The notes: a model not told the origin generated them from the letters alone. Counted from the whole stretch's first letter, positions 47,732 to 60,836 are shown. The stretch: 63,257 bases of DNA, filler included, from Globobulimina sp. (GCA_003354225.1; 50 parts of 50 records of this genome joined end to end with filler, not necessarily neighbours in it), one strand, 5' to 3'. Program-made: numbers and translations.

Positions 47732-49524
47732 CACACTTTTTAATGAGTTTGCATAGGAAAATCAAAGTACATCATTTGCAGTTGATCGATCACCACATGA
47801 AATTGAGGCCATTGAAACAAAAATAAAAAAAAAAGAAAAAAATATGAATATGCACAGGATATTAAGAGTGTACAGAATGTTCAATAGAAACGTCTTCAAA
47901 TTGATTTCTTAGTGAAGATTCTTAAAGTTTTGAAGAAGACCGAATACATCGTATCCTTGTTTTTAATATGAAAGTGAGTCAATAATAATTATGAAACGAT
48001 CACAAATCAACAACTTACAATTTTGAATTAATGGCATTGTAAACTTGATTTGGTTGATCTTGATCNNNNNNNNNNNNNNNNNNNNNNNNNNNNNNNNNNN
48101 NNNNNNNNNTTAATTAATTAANNNNNNNNNNNNNNNNNNNNNNNNNNNNNNNNNNNNNNNNNNNNGTCAGATAAAAATTTATTAATGACAAGAATGAGCA
48201 TTGTAAGTGCCTGTGAATAAGTAATGTTACTTATTTATATATTGCATTATTAGTATTATTATAGTTTTAACTTTTGTATAGTGAGTAATCTGAAATCCAA
48301 CAGGTGGCTATAAATAGATTACATGTACAGTGATAACCCTCTCCTATACATTTGATTCAATTATCTCCAAAGAAACGCTTTGCAAATCCAGAAACGGTTT
48401 TCTATAGGTTTGTCTTGGGTTTGTTATGTATTTCTTATAACTTTGTCTTGGGTTTGCAAATCCAGAACAAAGTCAGAACACATTTATAATTGAACCAAAC
48501 GTCGTTAAGTTAACACACAGCTCTAGATATGTTTTGTGACCATATTTGCATACAGTTATCATTTTTGTATACATGCTGAAATTAATAGTTTGTTTTTCCG
48601 ATGTTGATCATTTATATCAAGCGTTCAAATTAGTTTAAATAAGAAATCAAACAATCACAACAAATTGAAATACGTTTTGTGAAAATCTTTAATCCATTAA
48701 TTCTTTATGTGGAGGGTCTTTCAGTTTTTCTTGGCATCCCTTTTTTGTCTCAAACGGCTGAAAGTATGTTTAGTTAATAGGTGAATGGGTATATTCATTT
48801 ATTGCAGAACATATATTCATCAAATTAACCTAGATCTTCTTAGTGGCGTTGTCAGATTAATCTTTGTTTTGTTAGTGGTTGATTTCATCTGTGAATAAAT
48901 CACGTAGGATACTGCATATTACATATTTCAACAAAAATCCATCAAAAGTGTCAATAAACTCTAAACTTGTTAAAATGATACAAATCGAAAGCAAAATTAC
49001 GGTTAATTGATCTAAATTAAATTCATATTTTTGAATTAATTGAATTCCATCAAGTATAGTCTGTATAGACATTTTACCAATATGTAGTATCTTGCGACGA
49101 TTTGATGACTCTCCAATAACTTGCTGAGGTGAAGATGTTTTGTCAAGCTTTAAACATTTCAAGTTAAATAAAAACAGTGATTTATAATTACATTCAATCT
49201 CGTTCCCATTCACTAAGTTTTCTCCGCTTTCGCGAATCATCATTCTCCTCAATCGAACCATCCAATTTCCTCTTTTTTTTATTTGTGACAGTTACATTCT
49301 CCTTCTTTTCTTTACCTTTATCTTTCGTATTNNNNNNNNNNNNNNNNNNNNNNNNNNNNNNNNNNNNNNNNNNNNTTAATTAATTAANNNNNNNNNNNNN
49401 NNNNNNNNNNNNNNNNNNNNNNNNNNNNNNNTTTTTTGCCTTTGGGTTTCCTCGGCGGTTTTTCTGAATTGTTTGCAGCTGAAATAAATAAATAAATATA
49501 TAATATAATATAGTACATATAGAA

Positions 49525-49887
49525 CATGGTTCGTACTGGATCGGGCACCCAAAATCCCCTGACTTTCCCCTGACTCAGGTCAAAATCCCCTGACTTTCTT
49601 AAATCTGGCCGAAGGCCAAAATTTTCGACAAAATCGATGTTCAGAGGCAATATTTTCTTTAGTAGAGTAAAACCTGGCCGAAGGCCAGCGTTTTTGGGAA
49701 AATTTGAGTTCTGGAAGCAAATTTTGCAACAGTGGAGTGAAATCTGGCCGAAGGCCAAATTTTTCGCGAAAATAGGTGTTTTGAGGCACAAAATCCCCTG
49801 ACTCGGGTCAAAATCCCCTGACTTTCCCCTGACCATAATCAAATCCCCTGACTTTCCCCTGACTCCCCCTGACCGGTACGAACCCTG
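49525..49887. mobile_element. 363-bp MITE with CA(G/T)GGTTCGTAC(C/T)GG TIRs and subterminal TCCCCTGACT repeats
   Basis: Left CATGGTTCGTACTGG, right CCGGTACGAACCCTG. About 9 CCCCTGAC repeats near the ends and three internal TGGCCGAAGGCCA palindromes. Flanks ATAGAA/CTAGAA may be a 6-bp TSD. Confidence 0.88.
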
Positions 49888-50697
49888 CTAGAATAAGAAT
49901 TAAGGTAAAAATAGGTATCGCAAAGAAAGTAAACTTCCCAATCAAACATCAAAAACAAACAAACAATGAACAGAAACTTTATTACGAGAATTCAGTGCTG
50001 CGCATATCAAAAATAATGAGATTTTAGCATATTTATATACATACATATTAGCAATTTTTATGCTACCAACCAACCAGGGTAATAGCCCTCAATACATGGT
50101 TTTCTTTTCTATTAAAAACGAACCAGGAACAAAAGATACTTGTGCATTCACTCATAAGTTTTGCCAGCTTATAGTAGTAAAATCCACTTTTACGAATACA
50201 ACACAAATTACTTTTGTCAATACAATGCAAAGCCAACTACGTCAATAATACATACAGTACATCCGATATAGACAAGCAGCCCCACGACAAGATCATTCAA
50301 AACAAAACACTTGAGTGAGACTCTTCTTGACTGATAAACAACAACAACAAAAAATATATAGAAAGAATAAAAAATAAAAATTTATGTATTTACAGAAATG
50401 CCTAAAACTGACATGAAATTTAAAAAAACTTAAAAATCAATCATTTCCTGGTTCCCACTCGTTGTCTTGGTCATCGCCGCCATCACTGGTGGTGATACTG
50501 GACTGCTCGTTATTATCACTAATGTCTTCGCCGGATAATTTCTATAAAAAAGGAATACAGTCAGTTCAGTCAGATACTTATCATAGGTGTGGTTGGGNNN
50601 NNNNNNNNNNNNNNNNNNNNNNNNNNNNNNNNNNNNNNNNNTTAATTAATTAANNNNNNNNNNNNNNNNNNNNNNNNNNNNNNNNNNNNNNNNNNNN

Positions 50698-51168
50698 TGC
50701 CAATCTGTCTTGTTTTGACAGTAATTTATCTTTTCTTATTGTCAAAATCATTTGTTCCAACTCCTTAGTTTTTAATGCATCTTTTCCTTTCGTTGGCTTT
50801 CTCTTTTTTTCTTCTTTTATGATTCCATGCAGTCTTTGCATGTCTTCCTGTTTTGTTTTAATTTTTATATTGTTATTTAATAAAAAATCTTTTATCGCAT
50901 ATAAATGACTGTGCATTGCTGACCACCCAATTTTGGCGCATGCATGCTTCCACATAATGAAATCTATGATTTGCTGTTCATTGCAAATCAGCGGTTGTAA
51001 ATTATATAATTTGCAGAACAGTAAGTAATGGCTTTGTGTACCTGAATACTGTTTATTTGTTAGCTTTGCGTTTCTGCCTTTGAACTTTGTCTCGGCCAAA
51101 TCGGATAATGTTGCCTCTGGTAACCAATATAAATTGTTTCTTTTCTCTCTCTTTTCTTTTCTTTCCAT
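50698..51168 (-). mobile_element. Tyrosine recombinase N-terminal (core-binding) domain of a DIRS/Ngaro-type retrotransposon
   Basis: TNKQYSGTQSHYLLFCKLYNLQPL..EQQIIDFIMW...SAMHSHLYAIK...LHGIIKE..KDAL, directly downstream of a DIRS-type RNase H. Confidence 0.75.
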
Positions 51169-51464
51169 CTGAAAGTGTTTTGTTCAAAATAAAAAGTTAG
51201 TTTGTTTTGCAAAAACTGTTTTTTCAATGGCACTTTCGTGGGCACTCAAACAAGCTATTATAGTATTTGTTTGTTTGTCGTTATGGCGTTTTATTTATGT
51301 GCTAATTTATGTTTTATTCAGTTGCAATGGTCGAGAAGAGTCTTATTTGTTCGATATGATTTATTTAAACAGTGATCAATTTATTTGCGTTAAAAATGAA
51401 TATTATGATCAAACAATGATTTATTTAGCATTCCCAACAATGATGGGGCTGTTGTTTATTTTTA

Positions 51465-51863
51465 TTATTTCCCCACTTGATAAAGCATTTGGTCGCCGCA
51501 AATCCATTTATTTCTGCAATTACATCGCTTCAAGTCATTATTATTCCGAATCATTCGTTTTCGTGCATCCTTGTACAGATTCCATGCTTCCTGGGCATGT
51601 ACCAAGGCCTCATCACTTTTGTCGATCAAATCGTAAGTTAACTTATCTAAAACTGTCCAATCGCCTCTTGATAGCCCGTCAGCGTAAATATTTACTTTTG
51701 TTGATATCCAAGTCACCCATTCATAGTAGTTTGAGTGCATTAATTCTTTGCATATTTTCCTTACCAAAACTTGCAAATCTTTCCTTTCAAAACAGGCCTT
51801 TTTCTTTATCAGTATGTGTTCGACGGCTTTGTTGTCGACCTTTACCAGAATTGCTTTGTTGGC
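51465..51863 (-). mobile_element. DIRS-type RNase H, C-terminal end of the RT-RH ORF
   Basis: ANKAILVKVDNKAVEHIL...VTWISTKVNIYADGLSRG contains the DN and N..AD.LSR motifs. Confidence 0.85.
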
Positions 51864-51963
51864 NNNNNNNNNNNNNNNNNNNNNNNNNNNNNNNNNNNNN
51901 NNNNNNNTTAATTAATTAANNNNNNNNNNNNNNNNNNNNNNNNNNNNNNNNNNNNNNNNNNNN

Positions 51964-52020
51964 CCTAGTATTCGAAGTTGACCTAGGTCATCCAATACTA
52001 AGTCAACTTCGAATACTAGG
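51964..52020. repeat. 57-bp hairpin with perfect 19-bp arms at the contig start
   Basis: CCTAGTATTCGAAGTTGAC ... GTCAACTTCGAATACTAGG. Confidence 0.85.
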
Positions 52021-52541
52021 TTGAAAACCACTCTAGCTAACCCAAAAACTTTGCTAATCGTTGAAATGAAACGAAACGAAACTAAGCCAAAAAAGTTAAT
52101 TATATATTTATAACCAGTTATAAATCAAAGCAAACAAACAGAGACAATTCAAAAAGGTAACGTTTTTACGAAAAGAGCCAAGTGTGTAGCGCCGTCTTTA
52201 TTTAGGCATGTAAAGGACAACAAGTAGCAAGAACATAACATGAATTTGTTTATATATTAATCTGAGAAGACAAACCCAGTACAAATCCAAGACAAATCTA
52301 TAGCAAATTTCTCAGATAATTGAAAAAGAAAAATAGTTCATTTCTTCACCAAATTAACAAAAAAAACAAACAAAAATAATGCACGTTGAAAATATAAAAA
52401 AATTTAAAAAATTGTTGGTTTCTGCATTAAGCTAAATGGTATATTCAATTTGCCAAATAGCTCTAAAGCAATTAACACTTTTATGAAGTAACAAAAAAAC
52501 AAACAAACAAAATAATTAATTAATTAAACAATTTATATACG

Positions 52542-53129
52542 TTATTTAGGTAAATTAGATTTAAAAGATATCAAATATGTAGGAATAGCCTGGTCATCTT
52601 TATACGTAACAAATATACTCGGCGCGGATACATTGTTGACTGTAGTCTCAAACGGCAAATAATCTGTAGATTGTTTTGGCGGCGGTATAATCATTGAACT
52701 ATTACCAAGACACCACTCGCCACAAATGACATTACAAAGTAATACATGTTGAAAATCATCCGCATCAGGAATTGCATACGATTCTGCACATGAATAGAAT
52801 GCATCTCTTGCAAAGTATGTGCCTTTGCCATACACCGAACGCGACGCATATTGTCTGCAAAGCAAATCACGTTGCCATGAGGCATAAAATGTTACTAGTG
52901 ACACTTGACAGAGTTTTTGAACATTTGAGCATGGCAACAATGACTCATTTATCATACCTTTGAAATCCTTGGTGTAATATTTTAATAACAACATCAATGT
53001 CGGTCCCATGGTATAATGCGAATTCATGTAATTTTTGTTTATCATTTTTTAACAATTTAAGAATTTGTTTCTTTTTATCTTGATAAGCATCACTGAGATG
53101 TTTATTAGTTATTTTATATATATATATCC
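52542..53129 (-). CDS. PARP-family ADP-ribosyltransferase catalytic domain (mono-ART-type triad), C-terminal part; intron 52855-52957
   Basis: Spliced product: EFALYHGT...ILHQGFQR|QYASRSVYGKGTYFARDAFYS...TVNNVSAPSIFVTYKDDQAIPTYLISF. Triad is H-Y-I rather than H-Y-E. Confidence 0.92.
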
Positions 53130-53545
53130 NNNNNNNNNNNNNNNNNNNNNNNNNNNNNNNNNNNNNNNNNNNNTTAATTAATTAANNNNNNNNNNNNNNN
53201 NNNNNNNNNNNNNNNNNNNNNNNNNNNNNTTACCACATTTTTTATATCATAAAGTTTTTAGAAACCTTGATATCGTTGCTGGGACGAATAAAATTGTACT
53301 GAATTGGTGACTTTGCTTTCGATTCAGTTAAATGCACCAATTCTATTATATATATATACAGATGCATTTTTACCAGGCGGTAAGTGATATAGTTTGCGTA
53401 TTATTTCATAGTAAATGCTTCTAATGATACAGACACAGGCTAATAATACTGCTAATTGTACTGCTAATTCTAATGATACAAACCACATTCTACTGATACT
53501 AGTGTTGAGCTAGAAACTAAACAGTTTTTTGTTAATTTCAGAAAT

Positions 53546-53863
53546 ATGCAAACATCGATTAACATGGTCTCTCACTCGTTTTCTCGTTTGTTTAATTTGG
53601 ATTATGTCATAGTAGATTTTTGTTTTTTAATGTTATGGATGTGTTTAATGATTAAAAATAAATATTATATTTCTTTATTGCGTGGATTATTGGTTGGATT
53701 ATTTATATATAATCTTGAAATACGTTGGTTTAACACCTATGCAGGCAATGATTTCCCTCAAGGCACAACAATTAGAGAATGGAAATTTATATTAAAAAAT
53801 GGTTCTGAATTAAGCCGTGATATAAACCAGAGTTTCCATCTGCTTAGCTGTAATCTAATCTAA
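53546..53863 (+). CDS. Membrane protein N-terminal fragment; composition changes abruptly near 53830
   Basis: Two hydrophobic helices, then TAATCT-rich sequence. Confidence 0.4.
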   Translation: MQTSINMVSHSFSRLFNLDYVIVDFCFLMLWMCLMIKNKYYISLLRGLLVGLFIYNLEIRWFNTYAGNDFPQGTTIREWKFILKNGSELSRDINQSFHLLSCNLI

Positions 53864-53949
53864 TCTTTACCAACTGTAATCTTTTCTAATCTAATCTTTT
53901 CTCATCTAATCTTGCTAAGCTTCGCTTAGACTTGTAATCTTAAAAACTA

Positions 53950-54395
53950 ATCATGGCTAATTTCTACGGTAATCTCTAAGCTTAGACACAAAAAGCATAC
54001 ACACAAATATCTAGACACAGACTCAGATCCGCCACGAACATCAGATGAAGAATGTTCACAGACATCGGAACAAACTAAGATTAAAAAAAGAATAAAACAA
54101 TTACATGAAGAACAAAAACAAAGACGAAATAGGAATAAATTGCTAAGGAATAAAGTAGAATTATTAAAACAAGAATTGCGACACATTATTAATGAAATTG
54201 TGGTATGGGAGATTATCTCACCTGACATTGTACAATTGGACAAAGATCAATTGATATTCAAAGGAAAAAAATATCCGTTGGTTTTGTTGTCACCATATAT
54301 ATATGTAACGAATACAAATGGCAACTTGTGCGTAAAGTTTGTGACTAAAAAGGGATATAATAAATGTGTTGGATGGAATAAAAAATACACAAATC
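53950..54395 (+). CDS. Hypothetical charged protein fragment
   Basis: Frame open from about 53950 to the contig edge. Confidence 0.4.
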
Positions 54396-54570
54396 NNNNN
54401 NNNNNNNNNNNNNNNNNNNNNNNNNNNNNNNNNNNNNNNTTAATTAATTAANNNNNNNNNNNNNNNNNNNNNNNNNNNNNNNNNNNNNNNNNNNNTGATT
54501 GACTGCTTTCTTAGTGTTTTGAATAAAGATAAAAAACGTCTCACTTAAAATCAACACTAAAAACATCATC

Positions 54571-55594
54571 ATGTCTACATCTCCGGCTGCCATGGGATTT
54601 GATTATAATAAATTCACAAACGAAGACATTCCAGCATTCCAAAGCAGTCTACAACGAGAATTTAACACACGGAAGGTATGGTTGGAAATTTCCAAAGCAT
54701 TAGAACATACACGGAAGGTATGGTTGGAAGATTGCAAAGAGGATAAAAAGAATTACGAGGATAATGGCATAAAATGTATTGCGAAAGTTGCCAAAGAGGT
54801 TGGCGCCGCTCCTGACTTAATGGTGTTGAATATCGAAGGATTACAATTCTATGGTCTCAAAAGTCGATGGAAATGGATACATAATATGTTGCAGAAGACG
54901 CAATGGCCGGACGCAGCAACACCTTATCATACACAGAATATTTCAACGCCAACACCGACAAAAAAAGATGGTAAAACATACACACCATTTACAGAACGCT
55001 ACAACACAAAAGCCAATGCATCACAAGCCAGTCAACATGAGAAAGCCACAAAAATTGTAAGTGGTGAGAATTTTCTCCCGCATGATATGTTAGAATGTAA
55101 TGATCCCAGTTTTAAAGGCTCTGGGCATGATTTGATAAAAACAATATTATTAATGATTAACAATGGTTCGTGGGATATTAGAGCCGACAATGAAGGAATT
55201 TTCATCAACAACATATAATATAACCACTCAAATCAAACAAGCAAATAAATATTATTATAAACATCGGCCGCTTGAAAGGCCAAATGATAAATCGAAAGAG
55301 AATGTGCTTGAAAGGATTGGAAGTGCGAGGGGCTTTTTTAGATTTCGCGACGAACGCGTATATAAATTCTTTAATGGTATATTTGCTAACAAAGCCATTG
55401 CAAAACAAAACAAAAAAACTCTCAGTGGAACAAAAAGGAGAGTGTTATGTGATGGTAATAATGATAATAATTACAATATTTCTGCTGGATTTGATGAAGT
55501 TGGTATTTATGATAATTCGATGGATATTGATGATGATAGAACGGGTTATAATGGATTTGATGGGAGCGAAAAAACATCAAAAATAAAATGTTAA
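54571..55594 (+). pseudogene. Hypothetical gene split by a 5-nt tandem duplication (TATAA x2, 55214-55223)
   Basis: Removing one TATAA joins GIFINN to ITTQIKQANKYYYKH. A 21-nt exact repeat (TRKVWLE twice) lies at 54667 and 54709. Confidence 0.5.
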
Positions 55595-55761
55595 AAGAGT
55601 ACATTATTATTATAATGTGACAAACAATATTTTTTCAAAAAATAACAAAACACATAATGTANNNNNNNNNNNNNNNNNNNNNNNNNNNNNNNNNNNNNNN
55701 NNNNNTTAATTAATTAANNNNNNNNNNNNNNNNNNNNNNNNNNNNNNNNNNNNNNNNNNNN

Positions 55762-56061
55762 GAATCACAAAATACATTGAAACGGTTTACGAAATTAGAT
55801 AGCAGCAATTATGCAAAATGGACAATGAAACAAGTTGAGATTTGGTTGGGTGTATTGGAGAATGGTAGATATTATAAATACATTCCAAGCTTAATCAAAG
55901 GATTTGGAGAGGATGGAATCTCAGCCTCTGATTTACCACATTTAGATCAAGGTGATTTGAGAGCATTTGGAATAACAAGTTTCAAAGATCGTAAAGATTT
56001 AAGAAATCGATTTCAAGGATTAAAACAAGGAAATGAAGGATCAAATACGGTGAATATGTAA
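55762..56061 (+). CDS. C-terminal SAM-domain protein fragment
   Basis: WTMKQVEIWL..LENGRYYKY...FGEDGISASDLPHLDQGDLRAFGITSFKDRKDL. Confidence 0.88.
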   Translation, partial: ESQNTLKRFTKLDSSNYAKWTMKQVEIWLGVLENGRYYKYIPSLIKGFGEDGISASDLPHLDQGDLRAFGITSFKDRKDLRNRFQGLKQGNEGSNTVNM

Positions 56062-56339
56062 TATATGTACGCCGATTCGCACATTTTAATTAATTAAGAC
56101 TTAATAATATTGCTATTTTGCGTATAGTCCAAGTTTATTATTTTTGTTTGTGGCACAGCGTTTTTAGTATCTGTTTTATAATTCATTCATAGTTAAGGAA
56201 TGATATCGAGATAGCAGTGTAAAAGGTAGTTTTCACGTATCCTTGCACAACGATGCCATGGTTTATTAATAAATTTAATTAGTTTGTTTCATTCATAGCA
56301 GTAAGACTAAAAGACAACATTCGGCGTCGCACTTTTTCT

Positions 56340-56927
56340 ATTTTTAATACGCGGAAACAAAATTCATTACAGCTTGAACAACCAATCAAAAAAATGAAGA
56401 TTTATGCGTATCTGCTATAAGAATAGGCGCATTGTAAGGCGTTTGTGGTCAAACAATATTGGCATCGCGTGATGTTTTTGCTCGTTTTGGATTTATTTCA
56501 TTGAGTAGAGACAGCCGTATATCATGTTGTTCGTTGAAAATGCGGCATGCGCTCATATTCAGATTGCAAAGACATTGGAAATTAATGGTAAATGGCAAAG
56601 GAGAATGATTTCATTATAAAGATTTTGATGCCGTATGGTTAGATTTTATCATTGAAGAATTCTTTGAATATAACAAAGCCGATATTCTTCAGATTCCATA
56701 TTTTGTATCGCTTGTTGTAGCAGCAATTTTGGATTTGGTGCAATATATTTTTTCTCGTTGCTTTGGTGTTTTATTGGCACACTTGTGAAGTTTTGCCACT
56801 GTTTGGAACTTCAGTTATTTCGAGATGTCATACAATCAATCTCAAACCAACGCCATAAACCAGTTCTCGTATCATATTGAAACTCATCCCACCCATTTTC
56901 GCGAGATTTGTCAAGATTGAAGCATTG
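56340..56927 (+). pseudogene. Degenerate 3-beta-hydroxysteroid dehydrogenase / extended SDR pseudogene
   Basis: Fragments YAETK (YxxxK), NEDLCVSAIRIGAL*G and FVENAACAHIQIAKTL, interrupted by stops and frameshifts. Confidence 0.55.
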
Positions 56928-57027
56928 NNNNNNNNNNNNNNNNNNNNNNNNNNNNNNNNNNNNNNNNNNNNTTAATTAATTAANNNNNNNNNNNNNNNNN
57001 NNNNNNNNNNNNNNNNNNNNNNNNNNN

Positions 57028-57876
<849 letters not shown>

Positions 57877-58057
57877 TACTTTGTGTATGACTCTGCACTC
57901 TTGAATGACTTCAATTTATTCAAACACATATTAATGATTTTTTGAAAGGTATAGTCACTACGCACTTTATTTAGTCTTTGCTTTTAGAGAAAAAAATGAA
58001 TTGGATTAAAGGTGGTGGAATTTATTTCTAATTAATCCATTTATTTGTAGCTTTGTC

Positions 58058-58130
58058 GGGGTCACCGCAGGCTTTGAACCTGAATCTTCCGGATATATCT
58101 ATCCAGTGCTCTACTTGAGCTAGGCAGGAG
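58058..58130 (-). mobile_element. tRNA-like element (SINE head or tRNA pseudogene)
   Basis: A box TAGCTCAAGTAGAGC, stem CTGGA-8nt-TCCGG, T arm CAGG-TTCAAAG-CCTG. The acceptor stem does not pair. Confidence 0.65.
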
Positions 58131-58293
58131 TTTGTGGACTGTGCATTGGATTGAGATTGCATTTGTAATTCGCTGAGTGCCATGACGAAAGCANNNNNNN
58201 NNNNNNNNNNNNNNNNNNNNNNNNNNNNNNNNNNNNNTTAATTAATTAANNNNNNNNNNNNNNNNNNNNNNNNNNNNNNNNNNNNNNNNNNNN

Positions 58294-59459
58294 AAATTTG
58301 GCGCCACATTTAGGTTTACTATAACCATCGGATATACTCATTGTAAGAAATATAAAATTCATTCTATGTTGAATCAAGGATCCAAGCGCTGAATAACAAA
58401 CTAAATATGGTGCAATCAACAATGATAACATTAATGTTGTCCACCATAAATTATCTGATAACCACAAATCCCGCAAAATCAATATATCAGTGATGAAATC
58501 GGCAGTAGATAAGCTCTCCACTGTGGTGCTATAAATCACTTCTATCCATGACACTGCTTTCTGTTTTGGCTCATCATCATCAATGTCATCATCTGCATTG
58601 ACAGTATCTGATTGATTGATGAATCTGTTGGCAATATCCTGTAACTGTGGACTACCAAAATCATCCTCCAGCAGCATTTCATTTTTTATTTTATCCAATA
58701 TATTCTGTTCCCATTTCACCTCAAATTTCTTCCTCGATTCAACAAACATTTTACCGGTAAATTCTTTAATTTCATTTTGCATTTCTTCGACTTGTAAATG
58801 TTCTTCGTCTGATAAATATGGCAAGATATTGAATTCAGTGGTCAATAATTCTAACACTGAATATACGCGTTTCTCATAACACCATCCAATTAAACTGAAC
58901 GGCTTTAAATCTATCTCATCTTTTTCAAATTCATCAATATGGATAATATCATTGGTGTGTTGATACTTTGAGGGCCATTTAAAACTTGTATTGTAGGCAA
59001 ACACAGTGAATAATAGTTCCACTTTCATCAACTTTGCAAAGTTATCATCATCCCTTTTATCTGAAGAATGTGCTGTCGATAAAATTGTAACAACCCAAAC
59101 TATCAAATCTAATACAAATTCCTTCTCGGAAATTACTGATTTAATATATTTATGTCCTGAACACATAGCGCCTAAACACATCACACTATCAATATCCCGG
59201 AATTTAACAGCTATGCTTAATGGATACATATCATTCTTATTTTTCTGAGTCAACCATTTTGGAAATCTGCCGGTTAACAAAGTTAAAGCTTTCAGTTTTT
59301 GCTGCACAAATTTATAATTGAGAGTTTTCTGATCATCATCCATTTGCAACACTGCCAAATGAACCGGATTATTCCCGTTTTTATCGGCAATATTAGACAA
59401 ATTAATATCTGATTTCCTACATATTCGCTGACAAATATCTAAATATAACTCACTGTCCG
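58294..59459 (-). CDS. Ankyrin-repeat + multi-pass membrane protein, internal fragment
   Basis: DKNGNNPVHLAV and NKNDMYPLSIAV ankyrins; ADFITDILILRDLW..WWTTLMLSLLIAPY starts an XK-like TM region. Confidence 0.75.
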
Positions 59460-59559
59460 NNNNNNNNNNNNNNNNNNNNNNNNNNNNNNNNNNNNNNNNN
59501 NNNTTAATTAATTAANNNNNNNNNNNNNNNNNNNNNNNNNNNNNNNNNNNNNNNNNNNN

Positions 59560-60725
59560 AGGGATTATGCGATATTTCACCATTTTAGCCACATCAACTG
59601 ATACATTGACAATTTGTGCGTGTTCGATACGTAATCTATGGTCAACATCCTCTAAATTATACTCCTCAATTAATCTTACATATTGATCGATGGTTAACCG
59701 ATTCGCAAGATCTCCAATGCAATGCGTTGTTATCTGTATTTATTCGCACATAAATAAGTAAGTTATTATTAAAATATAATATAATGTATGGACTCCAACT
59801 TGATATCCTCTTTGATGCCACATTGAAATGTTTTGATAAAATACATTGATATCATCATACATTAACAACCCGGTATCATTCGTATGGTCGCAATATGGTT
59901 CAACAAAGGCAGCACCCCAACTTTTAATAATATATATTTACAATGTATCTAAATATAATATGCAACACAAAACCTACCTTCCCAAAGCACCATCCATTCT
60001 AAATTTAGCTCCATTTAAAGTGAATAAATCCTTATAAAAATATTCCATTTTAAAGTCAGTCGGCAAATATCCTCCCGGTGCTTTAGCATTGGCAAAGGCA
60101 GTTAATCTGAATGTAAATGAATAATTATATCGTTCCGGATCATCAATAACAGACAAAAACAATTCAATATCAACAGGTATTGCGCCTGAATCATGTATTC
60201 CGGTTAACCCATTTCTTGCACATTCCTCCAACACCAATTCGAGCATTCTTTCTCTTTCTGACAATGTAAATGGTGCAATATGTTCTGTCGCCAAATCCAT
60301 TGCGCGATCAATTAAGGCTCCCGTAATATTGCCATCAGCATCACGTACAATTGTCCCGCCATCTGGGTCATTCTCAGGAAATGTAGGCAAATAATCCAAA
60401 GCTGCGCTATTTATCCACGCCGCATGGCCATCAATCCTACGCAAATATATTTTTATAGTTGGAAATGCAGCATCCAACATCCACCGAGTTGGCAAATCAG
60501 CAGCATTCCAATCTTGCCACTTATTCTGATCCCTATTTGATATATATATAAAAACATACGTTTTTCCGCAGTGATCCCGTTATTTTCCCGTGGCATTTTA
60601 TAACGAAAACACTGTGGGAAAAACGTATTGGTTGAGCTGTGCAGTAAATAATTAACAAACCATCCCCAACCTTGTAACCACTTAGATTCATTAAACGGAG
60701 CGTTCGCATCAACAAATCCTTGCAA
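59560..60725 (-). CDS. Amidohydrolase-3 (YtcJ-like), internal fragment; introns about 60533-60660, 59921-59977, 59734-59798
   Basis: GWGW|DQN, RIDGHAAWINS, DPDGGTIVRD..TG, GLTGIHDSG, KFRMDGALGS|WGAA, TTHCIGDLAN, RLRIEHAQI. Confidence 0.9.
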
Positions 60726-60836
60726 NNNNNNNNNNNNNNNNNNNNNNNNNNNNNNNNNNNNNNNNNNNNTTAATTAATTAANNNNNNNNNNNNNNNNNNN
60801 NNNNNNNNNNNNNNNNNNNNNNNNNATTATTTATTT

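Noticed and set aside
49432..49842. 152-aa ORF with repeated peptides
   Set aside because: Translation of the MITE's internal repeats.
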